This document shows positions 31,594 to 41,529 of a DNA stretch of 64,000 nt, piece by piece. A program made the translations under genes and the position numbers. The DNA is taken from assembly GCA_003284215.1 (NCBI GenBank), contig QBVW01000004.1, forward strand, positions 43,722 through 107,721. The letters are read 5' to 3'. A model generated the notes under the pieces. That model saw only the letters and a program-made list of their open reading frames with translations. It was not told the origin of the DNA and made no database searches. The stretch comes from SAR86 cluster bacterium AG-313-D11 (GTDB taxonomy: Bacteria > Pseudomonadota > Gammaproteobacteria > Magnimaribacterales > D2472). Each line of letters opens with the position of its first letter. The stretch's first letter is position 1.

Positions 31594-33216
31594 GTGCGGT
31601 CTTCAAAAATCTTTTCTGTTTGGCATGGTATTCCGCTTTTTATCCTTTTATTTTTTCTGGCTCCAATTCTAATTATCTTATCTAGTGTATTCGCTGATTA
31701 CTCCGAAAACTGGAGTCACATATATGAGTATGTCTTAGGTGACTACATTCTCAATTCATTCATCTTGGTATCTGGGGTTTCTTTACTAGTTATGATCATT
31801 GGCTCTCTGACGGCATGGTTAGTATCAAACTATCAATTTTTTGGAAAACGGTTTTTTGAATGGGGTCTTATATTACCATTGGCAATACCACCTTATATTT
31901 TGGCTTACACCTTTACTGGGTTATTTGATTCATATGGAACAATGAATGAAATTGCTCGGTCACTATTTAATTTAGAACAAAATGAGATGCTATTTCCTAA
32001 TATCAGAAATATCTATGGCGCAATTATAGTTTTTTCATTCACCCTTTATCCATATGTATACTTGATTTGTCGAACCGCTTTTCTCAATCAATCTAGATCC
32101 ATGTTCGAGGTTGGCAGAACATTGGGTTTATCCCAAGCATCAATTTTTTTAAAACTTGCTCTTCCCTTGGTAAGGCCTGCATTAATTGCAGGTACAATGA
32201 TTGTAGCCATGGAGACTTTGTCTGATTTCGGTGCAGTCGATCATTTCGCCATTTCAACATTTACAACTGGTATTTTTAGAACATGGTATGGAATGTATGA
32301 TTTAACAACAGCAATGCAGCTTGCATCAATGTTGTTAATATTTATCACTTTTTGCTTAGTGATCGAGCGCACCTCTAGAAAAAATGCTAACTATTCCACC
32401 ATTGGATCAAACTTTAAACCAATACAGGTGATAAGATTGGGCTCACTTGGATCCTTTGTATGCTTCTTTGTATGTTTTATCCCAATATTTATTGGTTTTA
32501 TATTGCCTATACTTGAGATTTTAAATTGGTCTTTAAGATTTAACACTAGCTTTTTTAATGAACAATTTTTTTCAATATCATTAAATACAGTTTTATTATC
32601 AATTCTCTCAGCAATTCTGTGTACTTTTATTGCCATGATTATTAATTTTTCAATTAGATATAAAAATAGCTCTGTAATTAAATCTATAAACCCCTTTTTA
32701 AACATTGGCTATGCTGTTCCAGGCCTTATTCTTGCAGTTGGAATTGTTCAATTATTTGTATTTTTAGATAACAATATCTTGAATTTTTTTGAGGGATATT
32801 TCCTTACTGGAAGCTTATTTGGCTTAATCTTTGCATACATTATCAAATCATATGCTTTGGCCAATTCAACTTATGAGGCTGGCTATCAAAAAATTAGCCA
32901 AACAATTGATGACAGCGCGCGCGTTCTAAAATCGACGGGTTTAAACCTTCTTTTTAGAGTCCATTTTCCAATACTGAAAACAAGTTTTTTTACAAGCCTT
33001 CTTTTAGTAACCTCTGAAGTTGTAAAAGAATTACCAGCCACCTTAATTTTGAGGCCTTTTAATTTTGAAACTTTGGCAGTTTCGACATATATTTATGCTT
33101 CTGAGGAAAGAATGGTCGAGGCAGCAGCTCCAGCAACCGCGATAATATTGATTGGATTAATACCGATTTTCTTTATCTCGCAAATGATTAGGGCATCAAG
33201 ATTGGAAAAGAGCTAA
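31594..33216 (+). CDS. Fe(III) ABC transporter permease (FbpB type)
   Basis: LPLAIPPY, YPYVY, KELPATLILRPFNFETLA. Confidence 0.9.
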   Translation: MRSSKIFSVWHGIPLFILLFFLAPILIILSSVFADYSENWSHIYEYVLGDYILNSFILVSGVSLLVMIIGSLTAWLVSNYQFFGKRFFEWGLILPLAIPPYILAYTFTGLFDSYGTMNEIARSLFNLEQNEMLFPNIRNIYGAIIVFSFTLYPYVYLICRTAFLNQSRSMFEVGRTLGLSQASIFLKLALPLVRPALIAGTMIVAMETLSDFGAVDHFAISTFTTGIFRTWYGMYDLTTAMQLASMLLIFITFCLVIERTSRKNANYSTIGSNFKPIQVIRLGSLGSFVCFFVCFIPIFIGFILPILEILNWSLRFNTSFFNEQFFSISLNTVLLSILSAILCTFIAMIINFSIRYKNSSVIKSINPFLNIGYAVPGLILAVGIVQLFVFLDNNILNFFEGYFLTGSLFGLIFAYIIKSYALANSTYEAGYQKISQTIDDSARVLKSTGLNLLFRVHFPILKTSFFTSLLLVTSEVVKELPATLILRPFNFETLAVSTYIYASEERMVEAAAPATAIILIGLIPIFFISQMIRASRLEKS

Positions 33217-33869
33217 TGAAAAATATACTTGAAATTAGAAATTTATCTCATGCCTATGATCAAGCTGGTTCAATAATTAAAGATTTTAATTTTTCGTTAA
33301 AGAAAGGTGAAATAGTTTCAATTCTTGGTCCTTCTGGTATAGGGAAAACCACTCTATTAAGAATCGTTGCTGGATTAGAGGACGTAATGGATGGCGAGGT
33401 AATCATAAGCGAAAAAGTTGCTTCAAAGAAAAATTTCCTTTTGCCTCCAGAAAAAAGAAATTTAGGATTGGTGGTTGAAGACAGAGCTCTTTTTCCACAT
33501 CTTAATATTGAAAAAAATGTAATGTTTGGCATCAGCCATATTCAAGAAAGAGAATCTTTAGCTCAAGAGTATCTTAGTCTATTTAAGGTTGCTGATCTAA
33601 GCAAAAAATATCCTCATGAAATTTCTGCTGGCCAGCAACAAAGGGTTGCATTTGCCAGAGCATTAATCACTAATCCAGATATTCTTTTGCTTGATGAGCC
33701 GTTTGGCGCACTAGATAAAAATCTTAAAGAGGAGTTACACGAAGAGACCAAGAAAATTTTTAAAAATAAAGATTTATCTGTCTTGTTAGTAACTCATGAC
33801 GAAGAAGAAGCTAAGTATTTTTCAGATAGGATAATAGAATTTCAAGAAGACAAGATTTTTATTCGCTAA
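33216..33869 (+). CDS. Fe(III) ABC transporter ATPase (short)
   Basis: GPSGIGKT, ISAGQQQR, LLLDEPF. Confidence 0.9.
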   Translation: MKNILEIRNLSHAYDQAGSIIKDFNFSLKKGEIVSILGPSGIGKTTLLRIVAGLEDVMDGEVIISEKVASKKNFLLPPEKRNLGLVVEDRALFPHLNIEKNVMFGISHIQERESLAQEYLSLFKVADLSKKYPHEISAGQQQRVAFARALITNPDILLLDEPFGALDKNLKEELHEETKKIFKNKDLSVLLVTHDEEEAKYFSDRIIEFQEDKIFIR

Positions 33870-33876
33870 TTATTTT

Positions 33877-34767
33877 TTAACTTTCTACTTGATCCATATT
33901 TTTAATTGCCTTGTTCATTTGCCTTTCTCTTGTAGCATGCTCATTAACAGCTTTTAACATTGCGTCAGTCTTTTTCTGTAGCTCTTCCGTAGAGCTTCCA
34001 AAATTTTCAAATTCTTTTTTGAGTTTCCCAAACTCTTTCATAATCTCACTCGCTCTTTCATTAAGAGCAAGAGTTCTAAACCCCATATGAACGCTTATTA
34101 AATATGCAGCAAGAGAATTTGGCCCCATAATGAGAACTCGGTTATCTCTAAATATTTCTTCTCTTATGTTGTCAATTGAATCAATGAGCTGCATGAGCGA
34201 TTCACTTGGGATGTACATAATGCCTAGTTCAATAGTTATGCCTGATTGGATATATTTTTCTTTTATATCTTTCGCATCTTTTTGAACGTGTCTTCTAATT
34301 GCATCTGAAGAAGCTTTGATGAGTTGAGGGTTTCTATTGTCAACGGCAGATAAGTAGTTATCAAATAGACCTGATGGAAATTTTGCATCAATGGGAAGAA
34401 GCAAACCCTCCGGTAATTTGATTGCAAATTCAACTCTTCTACCTGAACCAGGGATCACTTCTGCGTTAGCAATAAATTGATTATGGTGAAAAATATCCTT
34501 CACAATTGCATCTAGCGACCATTCACCAAAAGTCCCAGCAAGAGCACCACCAGATAAATACCGATTAAGTTTACTTAGAGGATCTTGGAAGGATTGAATA
34601 TCATTTGATAGGTCAGATAGTTTCGCTTCTTGTCTTTCGACAGCTTTATCGAGATCCCTAAGCGACTCTTTAGAATCTGAGCTTTGCGAGCTGTCTTTGA
34701 TATTAAGATAGATTAATAGCCCTAAAAGCAGGATTATTACTACTAAAAGAATCCATATATATGTCAC
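33877..34767 (-). CDS. rmuC: DNA recombination protein RmuC family
   Basis: N-terminal TM, GTFGE, PIDAKFP, MYIPSE. Confidence 0.85.
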   Translation of the reverse strand: MTYIWILLVVIILLLGLLIYLNIKDSSQSSDSKESLRDLDKAVERQEAKLSDLSNDIQSFQDPLSKLNRYLSGGALAGTFGEWSLDAIVKDIFHHNQFIANAEVIPGSGRRVEFAIKLPEGLLLPIDAKFPSGLFDNYLSAVDNRNPQLIKASSDAIRRHVQKDAKDIKEKYIQSGITIELGIMYIPSESLMQLIDSIDNIREEIFRDNRVLIMGPNSLAAYLISVHMGFRTLALNERASEIMKEFGKLKKEFENFGSSTEELQKKTDAMLKAVNEHATRERQMNKAIKNMDQVES

Positions 34768-34816
34768 TTATAAATTTATCCTATAAAATATATTTACTTA
34801 TATACCCAATGATACT

Positions 34817-36019
34817 ATGGATGAATCTCTGGAATCTAAATTTGCCACTTTAAAATCTAAAAACCTAAAGATTGATTTAACTCGTGGTAAACCTGGCTCT
34901 GATCAATTAGATCTTTCAAACGATCTTTTAAATTTAAAGGTACCTGCTGAGAGCCCAAGCGGGGTAGATGTTCGCAACTATGGCGACCCTTTAGGTATCC
35001 CTGAGGCAAGAGCGCTGGGAGGCGAGTTACTTTCAGCTCCTGTAGGTAACACCTTGGTTGGAGAGCAATCCAGTTTACTTCTTATCTATCAACTTATTCT
35101 GGCAAATTATCTATTTGGCCTAGAGACGCCATGGAAGAACCAAGAAAACTTGAAGTTTATTTGTCCTGTTCCAGGCTTTGATAGGCATTTCAGATTATTG
35201 GATGATTTTGGAATAGAAATGTTACCAGTTCCCCTGACTGGGTCTGGCGTAGACATTAATAAATTTAAAGTATTGCTTGCAGAACATGAAAATATCAAAG
35301 GCATCATCTGCGTTCCTCGTCACTCTAATCCTACTGGTGATATTTACACAGATGACAATATGTCAGAGCTGTTAGAGGCAGGAAAATCTTACTCAAATGA
35401 ATTTTTGTTTATCTTCGATCATGCATATTTATTGCATGACTTTTCACCAACCCCGAATCAAACATCCTCATGGGAGCTAGCTAAGAAATTTGATGCTTTG
35501 GATCAAACCGCAATTTTTTGTTCTTTTTCCAAGGTCACATTTGGTGGCGGTGGATTATCTTTTGCAGCAGCTGGCACAAAGCTTTTTAATCTTTTGGTGA
35601 GACAAAGAGGCTCCATGATAGTTTGCTCCGATAAAGTTAATCAGATGCGTCATATACAATTTCTTAAAAATAAGCATGATGTTTTTAATCATATGAGCAA
35701 GCATGCAGACTTGGTTAAACCGAAATTTGAAATAGCTTTTCAAGCATTAGACTCTTTAAGCTCAGAGATAGGTAGTTACAAGAAACCAACGGGCGGATAT
35801 TTTATTTCTTACAACACAAGCAAGCCGATTGCTAAAAGGGTAATAGCGCTATGTGAAGAGGTCGGGGTTTTGATAACTCCTGCTGGATCGACATACCCAC
35901 ACTTTGATGATCCTTTAGACTCAAATATTAGATTGGCACCAACCTTTCTAGGTTTAGAGGATTTAAAAGAAGCAATGGAAGTTTTCACAACCTCTCTGCA
36001 GATAGCTTTTGAAGAATAG
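34817..36019 (+). CDS. PLP-dependent aminotransferase, Rv3722c-like aspartate aminotransferase family
   Basis: DLTRGKP, RNYG, CPVPGFDRHF, SNPTG, SKVTF, NIRLAPT. Confidence 0.82.
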   Translation: MDESLESKFATLKSKNLKIDLTRGKPGSDQLDLSNDLLNLKVPAESPSGVDVRNYGDPLGIPEARALGGELLSAPVGNTLVGEQSSLLLIYQLILANYLFGLETPWKNQENLKFICPVPGFDRHFRLLDDFGIEMLPVPLTGSGVDINKFKVLLAEHENIKGIICVPRHSNPTGDIYTDDNMSELLEAGKSYSNEFLFIFDHAYLLHDFSPTPNQTSSWELAKKFDALDQTAIFCSFSKVTFGGGGLSFAAAGTKLFNLLVRQRGSMIVCSDKVNQMRHIQFLKNKHDVFNHMSKHADLVKPKFEIAFQALDSLSSEIGSYKKPTGGYFISYNTSKPIAKRVIALCEEVGVLITPAGSTYPHFDDPLDSNIRLAPTFLGLEDLKEAMEVFTTSLQIAFEE

Positions 36020-36020
36020 A

Positions 36021-36365
36021 CTAGTTTACAGCTCTTGAGAGCGGCACAAATCTGCCATCTTCAAAATGAGAAAATAAATTTTTAATTTCTGGATGTTTCG
36101 GTAATTCTTCTGAGATATCATCAAGCAGATTTTGTTCTGATACATAAGCCACATAAAAGATGTGACCATTTTCAGCAAAGAGATGATAAAAGGGCTGGTT
36201 TTTTCTCGGACGAATAGATGTCGGTATAGATTGATACCATTCTTCTGTATTATTGAATTCTGGATCAACATCAAATATGACTCCACGAAAATCAAGGAAG
36301 CGATGTTTTACCACTGCCCCGATGGCAAATTTTGTTTCAACTAGCTCTTGTTTTATATTACTCAT
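36021..36365 (-). CDS. hspQ: Heat shock protein HspQ
   Basis: KFAIGAVVKHR, FRGVIFDVDPEF, QPFYHL, AYVSEQNL; GTG 36374 is an alternative start. Confidence 0.88.
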   Translation of the reverse strand: MSNIKQELVETKFAIGAVVKHRFLDFRGVIFDVDPEFNNTEEWYQSIPTSIRPRKNQPFYHLFAENGHIFYVAYVSEQNLLDDISEELPKHPEIKNLFSHFEDGRFVPLSRAVN

Positions 36366-36403
36366 ATGATTCACTTAATCATATCAAATTTTTGGAGCAA
36401 ACT

Positions 36404-36721
36404 ATGTTAGTAACCAGCACCCCATCAATAGAAGGTAAAAAAATTCATACATATCTTGGGATTGTCATGGGCAGCACTGTAAGAGCAAGACATCTGGGCA
36501 CAGATATTTTAGCAACACTTAAGAATTTAGTTGGTGGCGAACTTAAAAGTTATTCAATATTATTGATGCAAGCAAGAGAGGAAGCCATGGAAAGGATGGT
36601 TTCCAATGCTGAAGACATGGGTGCAGATGCAGTTATTAATTTTCGATATGAGACTTCAACCATAGCAGCGGCCGCTTCAGAAGTTATTGCATATGGTACG
36701 GCTGTAAAGTTTGAAGATTGA
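36404..36721 (+). CDS. YbjQ/UPF0145 family protein
   Basis: LVGGELKSY, AREEAMERM, GADAV, AYGTAV; GGAG before ATG 36404. Confidence 0.88.
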   Translation: MLVTSTPSIEGKKIHTYLGIVMGSTVRARHLGTDILATLKNLVGGELKSYSILLMQAREEAMERMVSNAEDMGADAVINFRYETSTIAAAASEVIAYGTAVKFED

Positions 36722-37340
36722 TTCAATCAAAGTTTTTGGCGAGCGTCATTGTGGCACCAATGCTATAGGTTATTTTGCCGGTAAAAATTTCAATTTGAAA
36801 TTTCAGCATTATGATTTCTTGGGTTGGAAGCATAGACTCGCGCCTAAAAAAGATGAGTGGTCAAAATTTGAAGTGCAAAACTGTCTATTTATCTTTTGTA
36901 TGCGTAATCCTTATTCATGGATCCAAGCCATGTATAGAGAACCATACTATGATCATTATCCAAAAATCAAAGATTTGTCTTTAGAGGGCTTTGTTCAATT
37001 TTCTATTGAAGATTATGAGAATTGCATCGCTATGTGGAATCAAAAGAATGATTCTTACTTTAGGATGTCAGAAGAGGTGCCCAACTCAATTATTATTAAT
37101 GTTGAAGACTTTCATGCAGACCAAAAAAAATTTCACGCACGCATTGCAGAGATATTAAACAGACAAGATTTACCACTGGTTAAAATGAATGATTATGTAA
37201 ATGGCAAAGGAAGACATGAACAAAAGGATATTGCTTCCTCATTGCAGATCCCTTTATTAGAGAAGAGCCTGATTAAAATGATCAACTCTTTTTTATCAAT
37301 AGAAACCATGAAAAAATGTAATTACAAGCTACTTACTTAA
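36711..37340 (+). CDS. Putative sulfotransferase-fold protein
   Basis: GERHCGTN resembles the 5'-phosphosulfate-binding loop; RNPYSW resembles the 3'-phosphate-binding motif. Confidence 0.55.
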   Translation: MKIDSIKVFGERHCGTNAIGYFAGKNFNLKFQHYDFLGWKHRLAPKKDEWSKFEVQNCLFIFCMRNPYSWIQAMYREPYYDHYPKIKDLSLEGFVQFSIEDYENCIAMWNQKNDSYFRMSEEVPNSIIINVEDFHADQKKFHARIAEILNRQDLPLVKMNDYVNGKGRHEQKDIASSLQIPLLEKSLIKMINSFLSIETMKKCNYKLLT

Positions 37341-37352
37341 ACTGAGATAGAA

Positions 37353-37577
37353 ATGAATAAAACTGAAAAAACTGCCTTTAGAGAAAGCGTCATTGTCGTG
37401 ATGATGGGAATGATTATTAATTTCCCCCTGCAAACCTTTTTGCTATGGCTCACCATTGATAATTGGAGTTGGACTAACACACTATTAATTTCCATCTTTA
37501 CTCAGACCGTTCTTACTCTTGTGGCTTTAATAAGGGTTTATTCAATAAGAATGAGATTTACAAGGGGTAAGTTTTAA
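37353..37577 (+). CDS. Small two-TM hypothetical membrane protein
   Basis: Fills the gap with ATG and a GAG RBS; two hydrophobic segments. Confidence 0.65.
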   Translation: MNKTEKTAFRESVIVVMMGMIINFPLQTFLLWLTIDNWSWTNTLLISIFTQTVLTLVALIRVYSIRMRFTRGKF

Positions 37578-38998
37578 GAGTTTCTTATAGCCAGTTGCTC
37601 TTTAATTTCAGCATGTGATTCTTTGGTAATTTTATATCTTGCATAAAAGAAAACAGCAATTAGTCCCCAAACCATTGCAAATGGACCGTCAACTAGTCCC
37701 AAATTAAAGATTGTATCTTCAGGTATTGCTCCTGGCACAGCATTCTCTGGGAAGGCGATAAAATCAAGCGCCACTCCAGCTATAACATGACCAATGCCGT
37801 TTGATGTTTTGCTAAAGAATGCACGAGCTGCATAGAAGACTCCTTCTTGTCTAATGCCAGTATTGAGTTCATGTTCATCTGCTATATCTGCTAATGCTGA
37901 CATGACACTTATATGCAATATAGAGCCGCATGCTGATGCAAAAGAGCCTAAGCAAATGATCATCAGAACCAATTCCCATGAGCCTCGTTCTGGAGCAAAG
38001 CCTAATAGAGCAATATTAGCTGATGCCGACCAAAAAATAGTTAGACCAAGAACTGTTACAACAATCACAATAGGTTTATCAAATCTTTGATGAAGTTTTG
38101 CTGTCAGGATGAATCCAAAGGCATACCCAATAATGTTATTGATAATTAGCCAACCAATTTGTATAGGAGACAATTCCCAAAAAAATGTTCCCATATAAAT
38201 GCCCAATGTTTCATGAGTTCCTATGAGCATAGAAAGAAAAAACATGCCTACTAATAATCGAGCATAGTTCTTATTACTAATAGCGCCATAAATGTCTTTA
38301 AATAAATCTGATATCTTGATATGAGATTCATTTCTAGAGGGCTGCTTTAAATAGGGGATTCTATCTTTAGTGAAATAAGCTGATGAGAGAATACACAGTG
38401 AAATTAATACCATGCTAAAAATTGCTATGGGCGTATAGGACTCTTGATAGAGTTGCCCAATTTTCTCACCTGCAAAGTAAGGAAAGATTAAAAACCATAC
38501 AAAGATATGCATGATAATGACGCCCATATACCCAAAGAGATTGTTGTAGCTCATGACTCGGCTGCGCTCAAAATAATCATCAGATAGTTCGGCTCCTAAT
38601 GCTAAATGAGGCACTGCAAACAAAGTAATACTCAGTCTCAGTAAGATAGTTGAAAAAATCAGCCAGCCAAAGAGACCATACTCAGATAACCCATCTGGTG
38701 GAAAAAACATTAGATAGATCGCTATGACCGTAGGGAAAGGTGCAGCGAACATGAAGGGATGCCTGCGTCCAAGCTTAGATGTAAATCGATCTGAAATAGA
38801 CCCCATAATAGGATCGGAAACAGCATCAAAAATGATTGCAATTAAAACAGCTAAGCCAGTCAGTGAACCAGATAGACCAAGGACTTGATTATAAAAAAAG
38901 AAGGTGAGACCAGCAAATATCCAATTTGTTGCACCTTCACCAGTGGCTCCCACCCCAAAAGCTAATTTTGTTTTAATTGTTAGTTTATCTGGGCTCAA
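37574..38998 (-). CDS. MFS GPH-family (MelB-like) sugar/cation symporter
   Basis: DAVSDPIMGSISDR, GRRHPF, ALGAELS, ADIADE, RQEG. Confidence 0.88.
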   Translation of the reverse strand: MSPDKLTIKTKLAFGVGATGEGATNWIFAGLTFFFYNQVLGLSGSLTGLAVLIAIIFDAVSDPIMGSISDRFTSKLGRRHPFMFAAPFPTVIAIYLMFFPPDGLSEYGLFGWLIFSTILLRLSITLFAVPHLALGAELSDDYFERSRVMSYNNLFGYMGVIIMHIFVWFLIFPYFAGEKIGQLYQESYTPIAIFSMVLISLCILSSAYFTKDRIPYLKQPSRNESHIKISDLFKDIYGAISNKNYARLLVGMFFLSMLIGTHETLGIYMGTFFWELSPIQIGWLIINNIIGYAFGFILTAKLHQRFDKPIVIVVTVLGLTIFWSASANIALLGFAPERGSWELVLMIICLGSFASACGSILHISVMSALADIADEHELNTGIRQEGVFYAARAFFSKTSNGIGHVIAGVALDFIAFPENAVPGAIPEDTIFNLGLVDGPFAMVWGLIAVFFYARYKITKESHAEIKEQLAIRNS

Positions 38999-39053
38999 GT
39001 TGATCCTTTTTCTTCATTCTAGCCTTGAAAGCTCTATTAGGTAAAATAACCAC

Positions 39054-39842
39054 ATGAAATTAAAAATGTATCAAGTTGATGCTTTTACCGACAAATTATT
39101 TTCAGGTAATCCTGCTGCTGTTGTCATCCTAGAATCGCCACTTAAAGATGATGTCATGCAATCAATAGCTGCAGAAAACAATTTATCTGAAACAGCATTT
39201 GTCAGCATTCATGAAAGTCCAGTTTCGATAAGATGGTTTACTCCGTCAATTGAAGTCGATCTTTGTGGTCATGCTACTTTAGCTAGCGCGCGCATACTTT
39301 TTGATTACTACCCCAGTCTTGCTGGAGATGAAATTAATTTTGATTCTAAAAGCGGAACCTTAAAAGTAACCAAGTTTAATGAACGGCTTTGCCTTAATTT
39401 TCCTTCTGACCAACCGGTTGTAACTGAACTAGATCCCTTATTTATTGAAATATTAGCCATTAAGCCATTAAGACTTTTGAGAGGTAAAGATGATTATTTA
39501 GCAATTTTTGATAATCAAATACAAATCGAAGACATTCAACCTAAGTTTTCTTTTCTTAAAAAAATCAATGCTAGGGGTCTTGTAGTATCGGCTCCTGGAA
39601 ACGAGGTGGATTTTGTTTCGAGGTGTTTTTATCCTGAAGCTGGCATTGAGGAAGATCCAGTAACTGGATCAGCTCATACTATGTTGACACCTTATTGGGC
39701 TAAACAATTTGATAAAGAGGACCTAGAGGCACATCAACTCTCCAAACGAGGTGGCAAACTTAATTGTAGACTAGCCAGTGACAGAGTTTTTATTTCTGGG
39801 GATAGCATAATTTATTTTGAAGGGACTATCTCAATCGTTTAA
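39054..39842 (+). CDS. PhzF-family isomerase
   Basis: VDAF, GNPAAV, NLSETAF, LCGHATL, EDPVTGSAH. Confidence 0.9.
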   Translation: MKLKMYQVDAFTDKLFSGNPAAVVILESPLKDDVMQSIAAENNLSETAFVSIHESPVSIRWFTPSIEVDLCGHATLASARILFDYYPSLAGDEINFDSKSGTLKVTKFNERLCLNFPSDQPVVTELDPLFIEILAIKPLRLLRGKDDYLAIFDNQIQIEDIQPKFSFLKKINARGLVVSAPGNEVDFVSRCFYPEAGIEEDPVTGSAHTMLTPYWAKQFDKEDLEAHQLSKRGGKLNCRLASDRVFISGDSIIYFEGTISIV

Positions 39843-39873
39843 ACTTTAACTTTAAAAATACCGGAGAGAATTT

Positions 39874-40245
39874 ATGACGACTTATATTATTGCTGCATTA
39901 TTGCTTGCTTTTCTTCAAACATGGCTTATTCCAGCATCTTTCAACATGAAAAATTTCCCTTGGCTGGGCTCGAATAGAGATGATCCTATGCCTCATGAGT
40001 TAACAGTCATGGCTGGGAGAGCCATGAGAGCAAATACAAATTTGCAAGAAACTTTACCAATATTTTTGGCATTGGCTCTCTTGTCTATGCATCTATCTGT
40101 TGATATTACTGGGCTGGCATGTTGGTGGCTTGCATTTAGAGTAGGTCATGTAGTTACATACATCGCTGGTTTTGCAAGATTGAGAACATTGTTATGGCTT
40201 GGTTCAGTTGTTTGCTTAGTCATGATGGCACTGGCATTAATTTAG
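39874..40245 (+). CDS. MAPEG family membrane protein
   Basis: RAMRANTNLQE, R..H...Y; GGAG RBS. Confidence 0.82.
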   Translation: MTTYIIAALLLAFLQTWLIPASFNMKNFPWLGSNRDDPMPHELTVMAGRAMRANTNLQETLPIFLALALLSMHLSVDITGLACWWLAFRVGHVVTYIAGFARLRTLLWLGSVVCLVMMALALI

Positions 40246-40260
40246 AACATTTCTTGTTCT

Positions 40261-40291
40261 AAAAAAAGGGGGGCTTTAGCCCCCTTTTTTT
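40261..40291. terminator. Bidirectional intrinsic terminator
   Basis: AAAAAAA-GGGGGGC-TTTA-GCCCCC-TTTTTTT between convergent genes. Confidence 0.9.
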
Positions 40292-40308
40292 ATTAGATGA
40301 AATTAATG

Positions 40309-41421
40309 TTAACTACTGGGATTGATTAAGAACTTTTCTCCAGTTGCTTGTTTTGCATACACCATCAAAGATTCAAGAGTTAAGACCTCTTTTAGAGATA
40401 CTTCCTGAGTATAGTTACTTGCAAAGGTAGTTTTAATTTCATTAGCAACTCGAGCTTGAAGCTCACCAACTTTTTCAAAACCAACTTTGCCTAAAAATGG
40501 TGTTAATAGAAATCCGCCTATACCCCAATACATTCCAAAGGTTCTATTATTTGGAAGCGTAATCCCTGATTGATTGAGGCCACCATAAATATAAACTTGC
40601 TTGTGATCAGTCGATCCATATGGACTATATTCTGTCGAATTTTTTCTCGCTGCAATTTCCATACAGGTAAGTATTTTTCCAGCTAGTTCTCCACCGCCAG
40701 TTGCATCAAATGCAAGAGTAGCTTTTGTTTCAGTGATAGCCAATGTTAATTGTTCCATGAAATCATCATCCGACGAGTTACAAACAAACTGCGCACCAAT
40801 AGATTTCAATAAATCAACATGTTCTTGCTTACGAACAATATTTACAAGTTGCACGCCATCATTTACACATATTTTTACAAGCATTTGACCCAAATTAGAG
40901 GCTGCAGCTGAATGTACTAGAGCTGTGTGTCCTTCCATTTTCATTGTTTCAACCATACCAAGAGCTGTTAAAGGGTTTACAAAGCTTGATGCACACTCCC
41001 GAGGCTCAGTTCCCTCATTCATAACCATGCAACTCGCTGCAGGCAAGCATCTGTATTGAGAGTACATTCCACCCCCAACAACGCTCACAACCTTGCCCAT
41101 TAATTCTTGAGCATTAGCTCCAGCCTCTATTACGACACCAGAGCCTTCGTTACCTACTGGCATAGGCTTATTCAGCCTTGGTTTCATGGCCCCCATAATT
41201 GCATCTGGAACATCCATAACAATTTTTGAGTTTTCAACCTTGAGGGTATTGATATCACCTGGCCCGATTAATAAACCTAGATCAGATGGATTAATAGGAG
41301 TCGCTTCCACTTGAATTAGCACCTCATTATCACCTGGGATTGGACGCTCAGATTCAGTGATAGCTATTTCTAACTTTCCTTCATCAGTGACCGTAGAAGT
41401 AATTTGTTTATTTGAACTCAT
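40309..41421 (-). CDS. MDR-family oxidoreductase (quinone reductase / enoyl reductase-like)
   Basis: PINPSDL, GNEGSG, VNPLTA, AAASNLG. Confidence 0.85.
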   Translation of the reverse strand: MSSNKQITSTVTDEGKLEIAITESERPIPGDNEVLIQVEATPINPSDLGLLIGPGDINTLKVENSKIVMDVPDAIMGAMKPRLNKPMPVGNEGSGVVIEAGANAQELMGKVVSVVGGGMYSQYRCLPAASCMVMNEGTEPRECASSFVNPLTALGMVETMKMEGHTALVHSAAASNLGQMLVKICVNDGVQLVNIVRKQEHVDLLKSIGAQFVCNSSDDDFMEQLTLAITETKATLAFDATGGGELAGKILTCMEIAARKNSTEYSPYGSTDHKQVYIYGGLNQSGITLPNNRTFGMYWGIGGFLLTPFLGKVGFEKVGELQARVANEIKTTFASNYTQEVSLKEVLTLESLMVYAKQATGEKFLINPSS

Positions 41422-41529
41422 TTCATCTCCTTAAAAGCATTAAATAGTAATATATACAGAGAACTATACAACTTAGAGCATGCTTTAAGTCAAGCAACAT
41501 AATGTAAAAACATGAATGGATAAAATTGT

